Of a stretch of 64,000 nucleotides of DNA, positions 61,956-64,000 are shown piece by piece. Position 1 is the stretch's first letter, and each line of letters begins with the position of its first letter. Both the position numbers and the translations under genes were made by a program. This DNA is from Tortispora ganteri (taxonomy: Eukaryota): contig PPNB01000011.1 of NCBI GenBank assembly GCA_003707115.1, forward strand, positions 186,001 through 250,000. Direction: 5' to 3'. The notes under the pieces are model-generated. The model saw only the letters and a list, made by a program, of their open reading frames with translations. It searched no databases and was not told the origin of the DNA.

Positions 61956-62888
61956 AATGGCCGCTTTTCGTGTAATTTGCGAATGTTCGCCGTCAGAATA
62001 GCGTACAGGGCGAGTGTTCGAATTGCTTGTGGTTAAGAAACCTATAAACGGGTTTTAAAGTAGGGTTATTAGGTTCAAGTTTTGAAATGCCTCAAATTGC
62101 ACATTCATAGTATAGTCGCCAGCACAGTTTTACCATCCGTAGCGACATTTTGGTTAGTTAATTGCGTATGCAAACAAGGCATTTCGATCTGGCTGGCAGT
62201 GCTGTCCAAAATCGCACAAACTTGGCTAGTCAGTCTTTCGCTATTAGCGCAATCTAAAGCCTACTTGAGAGTACAGTGATACATGGCATAGAAGGAAGGC
62301 CACATGGGAGTAAATATAAACAAATGTAGACATTTATGCATGTATGCATCGCCGTCGATAGTTGACGGATATGAGAATAATTTTGTGAGTCTTGCTATAG
62401 CTATTAAGCCACCTAACGATACTATATAAACCGATACGTTGTTATTGGAGTACAATATGTAAAAAAAAATTAAAGCGTAAAAATCAACCCAGAACCAAAA
62501 TTAAATGTCCGATAACTGTGATAGCAGATATCAGATCAAATATAAACCTGTTAGTTGTATTGTATATCTTTATCAGGGCTGTGAGGCGCATAGCTGCGGA
62601 TCACCCACGATAAGCGATAGTACACACGACACCCCTAAAGGCAACAAACAAAGGAAAACAAACACCAACTTAGGGGCAATAAATCAACAGCCAAGTAAAA
62701 AGTAAACCACTACATAGTCATATAGAGAGTTGTATCAAAAGCAAAAGAGGAGGATCAGGCGATCAATGATCGTGGATCCTAAGCCGACAGGAGAGATAAG
62801 AGGGGACGAAAAAGATCAAATGACGATAAGGTGAGATCTTATGTAAGTGGGAAAAGCACAATCATTCAGCAACAGCTCTTATGACTTT

Positions 62889-63101
62889 TTACAATGCTTT
62901 AGAGCTCTTCCCGGTCCAGGAGAAATGTTCCTTGATGCAAGAGCCGCCTGAACAACCACATTCCTTACGATGGGTGCTATCAGCAGTACGATCAGGGAGA
63001 ACTAGAGAAGGGTGGTGTCCAGGGAGAGAGGGGACGCGGTTGCTCTTATTAGGGGGGATGTAAATCTCATTCATAACGCGATTAATAGTGGTAGAGTCCA
63101 T
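62889..63101 (-). CDS. Candidate small protein of unknown function (70 aa)
   Basis: ATG in a good context (acacaATGG), TATA-like ATATATAATA about 70 bp upstream, and located in an otherwise gene-free 2 kb stretch. Confidence 0.45.
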   Translation of the reverse strand: MDSTTINRVMNEIYIPPNKSNRVPSLPGHHPSLVLPDRTADSTHRKECGCSGGSCIKEHFSWTGKSSKAL

Positions 63102-64000
63102 TGTGTCGTGACAAAAGAGTACTATTAGATAGCGTACAACAAAAAAGAAAGTATAATATGGCTGGTGTGTTATTATATATGAGAATTCATGATAACCGCA
63201 TTAGCGATACAGTCTAAAGTTTATTTCTCCTGGTTGTATAGATCACTTCCTATTTTAGTAATACCCAGAATAATCAGCGGAAAATAAGCTTTAATATAAC
63301 TTGAACATTTGACTCATTCTTATAGGTAAAACCACTCGTATCTGGCGCTATCTTAATGCACAGAACTTCTGAGAAATGGCTATATGTTTCTTGAGTGACC
63401 CAGTACTTGATAGCAGTTATTATATCCGTAAATTTTCTTCTAGAACAGTCCGCACGCTTATTTTATTACTGCTCAATCTTAATCGTCATTGTTGATCTAA
63501 ACTCCCAAATATAGCTACACTTATGGTCTAGCCTTGTCGTATAAGTCTGGTTTCCCATAGCCTGGATTCCGAACTCTATTACGTTTCTCTATTCGGTTCA
63601 AACCTGCTTCAATGAGCCGTAAGCGCCGCAATACAGGTCAATGACAATTGTATACGTAAAATTGGGGTCAGCGATTTTTTTGGTAAGAAAAATTCAGCCT
63701 TTCAGGACACTTTCTCATTTTACAAAGCAGTAAAAGGTTTGCCTGTTTTCGATTCCTTTAAGCTCGGTTAAACTTTGAAAACGTAAAAATGAGAATCACA
63801 CCTTCAAAGCCCCTCTTCTCGCTATTCGGTCCGAATCTTGCATTGCGTCTCGTTTAAATTACAGAAACTGCGGCGGGCGGCAGATGCCATGCGGCATTTT
63901 GGGGGTATAACTCCTAAGACGTTAAGCCGGGTGACGGTCGGCGTGTATTAACCTGTGGCCGTCAGTATCGTATCGCCCGGACTTACTGGCACGCCTAAAA

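Noticed and set aside
63590..63606. GGTTCAAACC B-box-like motif (similar motifs near 33407 and 60047)
   Set aside because: No cloverleaf, acceptor stem or proper A-box can be built, so these are not called as tRNAs.

Overview
Gene-dense, apparently intron-free 64 kb segment of a budding-yeast (Saccharomycotina) nuclear chromosome. It uses the standard code: CTG falls at conserved Leu sites in DUS3 and FRS2. About 34 protein genes are supported, in order: ELP1 3' end, ERG19, DUS3, YET3/BAP31, YBP1-like, MRPL8, MIC12-like, COX26-like, NOP8-like, DPH6, tricalbin, PUT1, PAB1, HUL5, RSM7, YEH-type lipase, a degenerate secreted CAP protein, an XylD-like IlvD/Edd dehydratase with an adjacent Zn2Cys6 factor, rhomboid, DAL81, DUR1,2, APE1, EMP24, NoxR, CLB3/4, PPR1, a hotdog thioesterase, RPL23, RPD3, FRS2, ECM13-like, RER1 and a 70-aa orphan. 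NoxR and the XylD-like enzyme suggest an early-diverging lineage (inference). No tRNA, rRNA, transposon or CRISPR was recognised. Three things stand out. (1) A probably cytosolic sugar-acid-dehydratase-like gene has four Mig1/CreA-type boxes in its promoter and sits next to an orphan Zn-cluster regulator. (2) In a DAL81-DUR1,2-APE1...PPR1 nitrogen neighbourhood, the DAL81 and DUR1,2 promoters carry the same TCGG-N6-CCGTAC Ppr1/UaY-type site. (3) A NoxR/p67phox homologue is present in a yeast. All product calls come from recognising motifs by eye; no database search was run.
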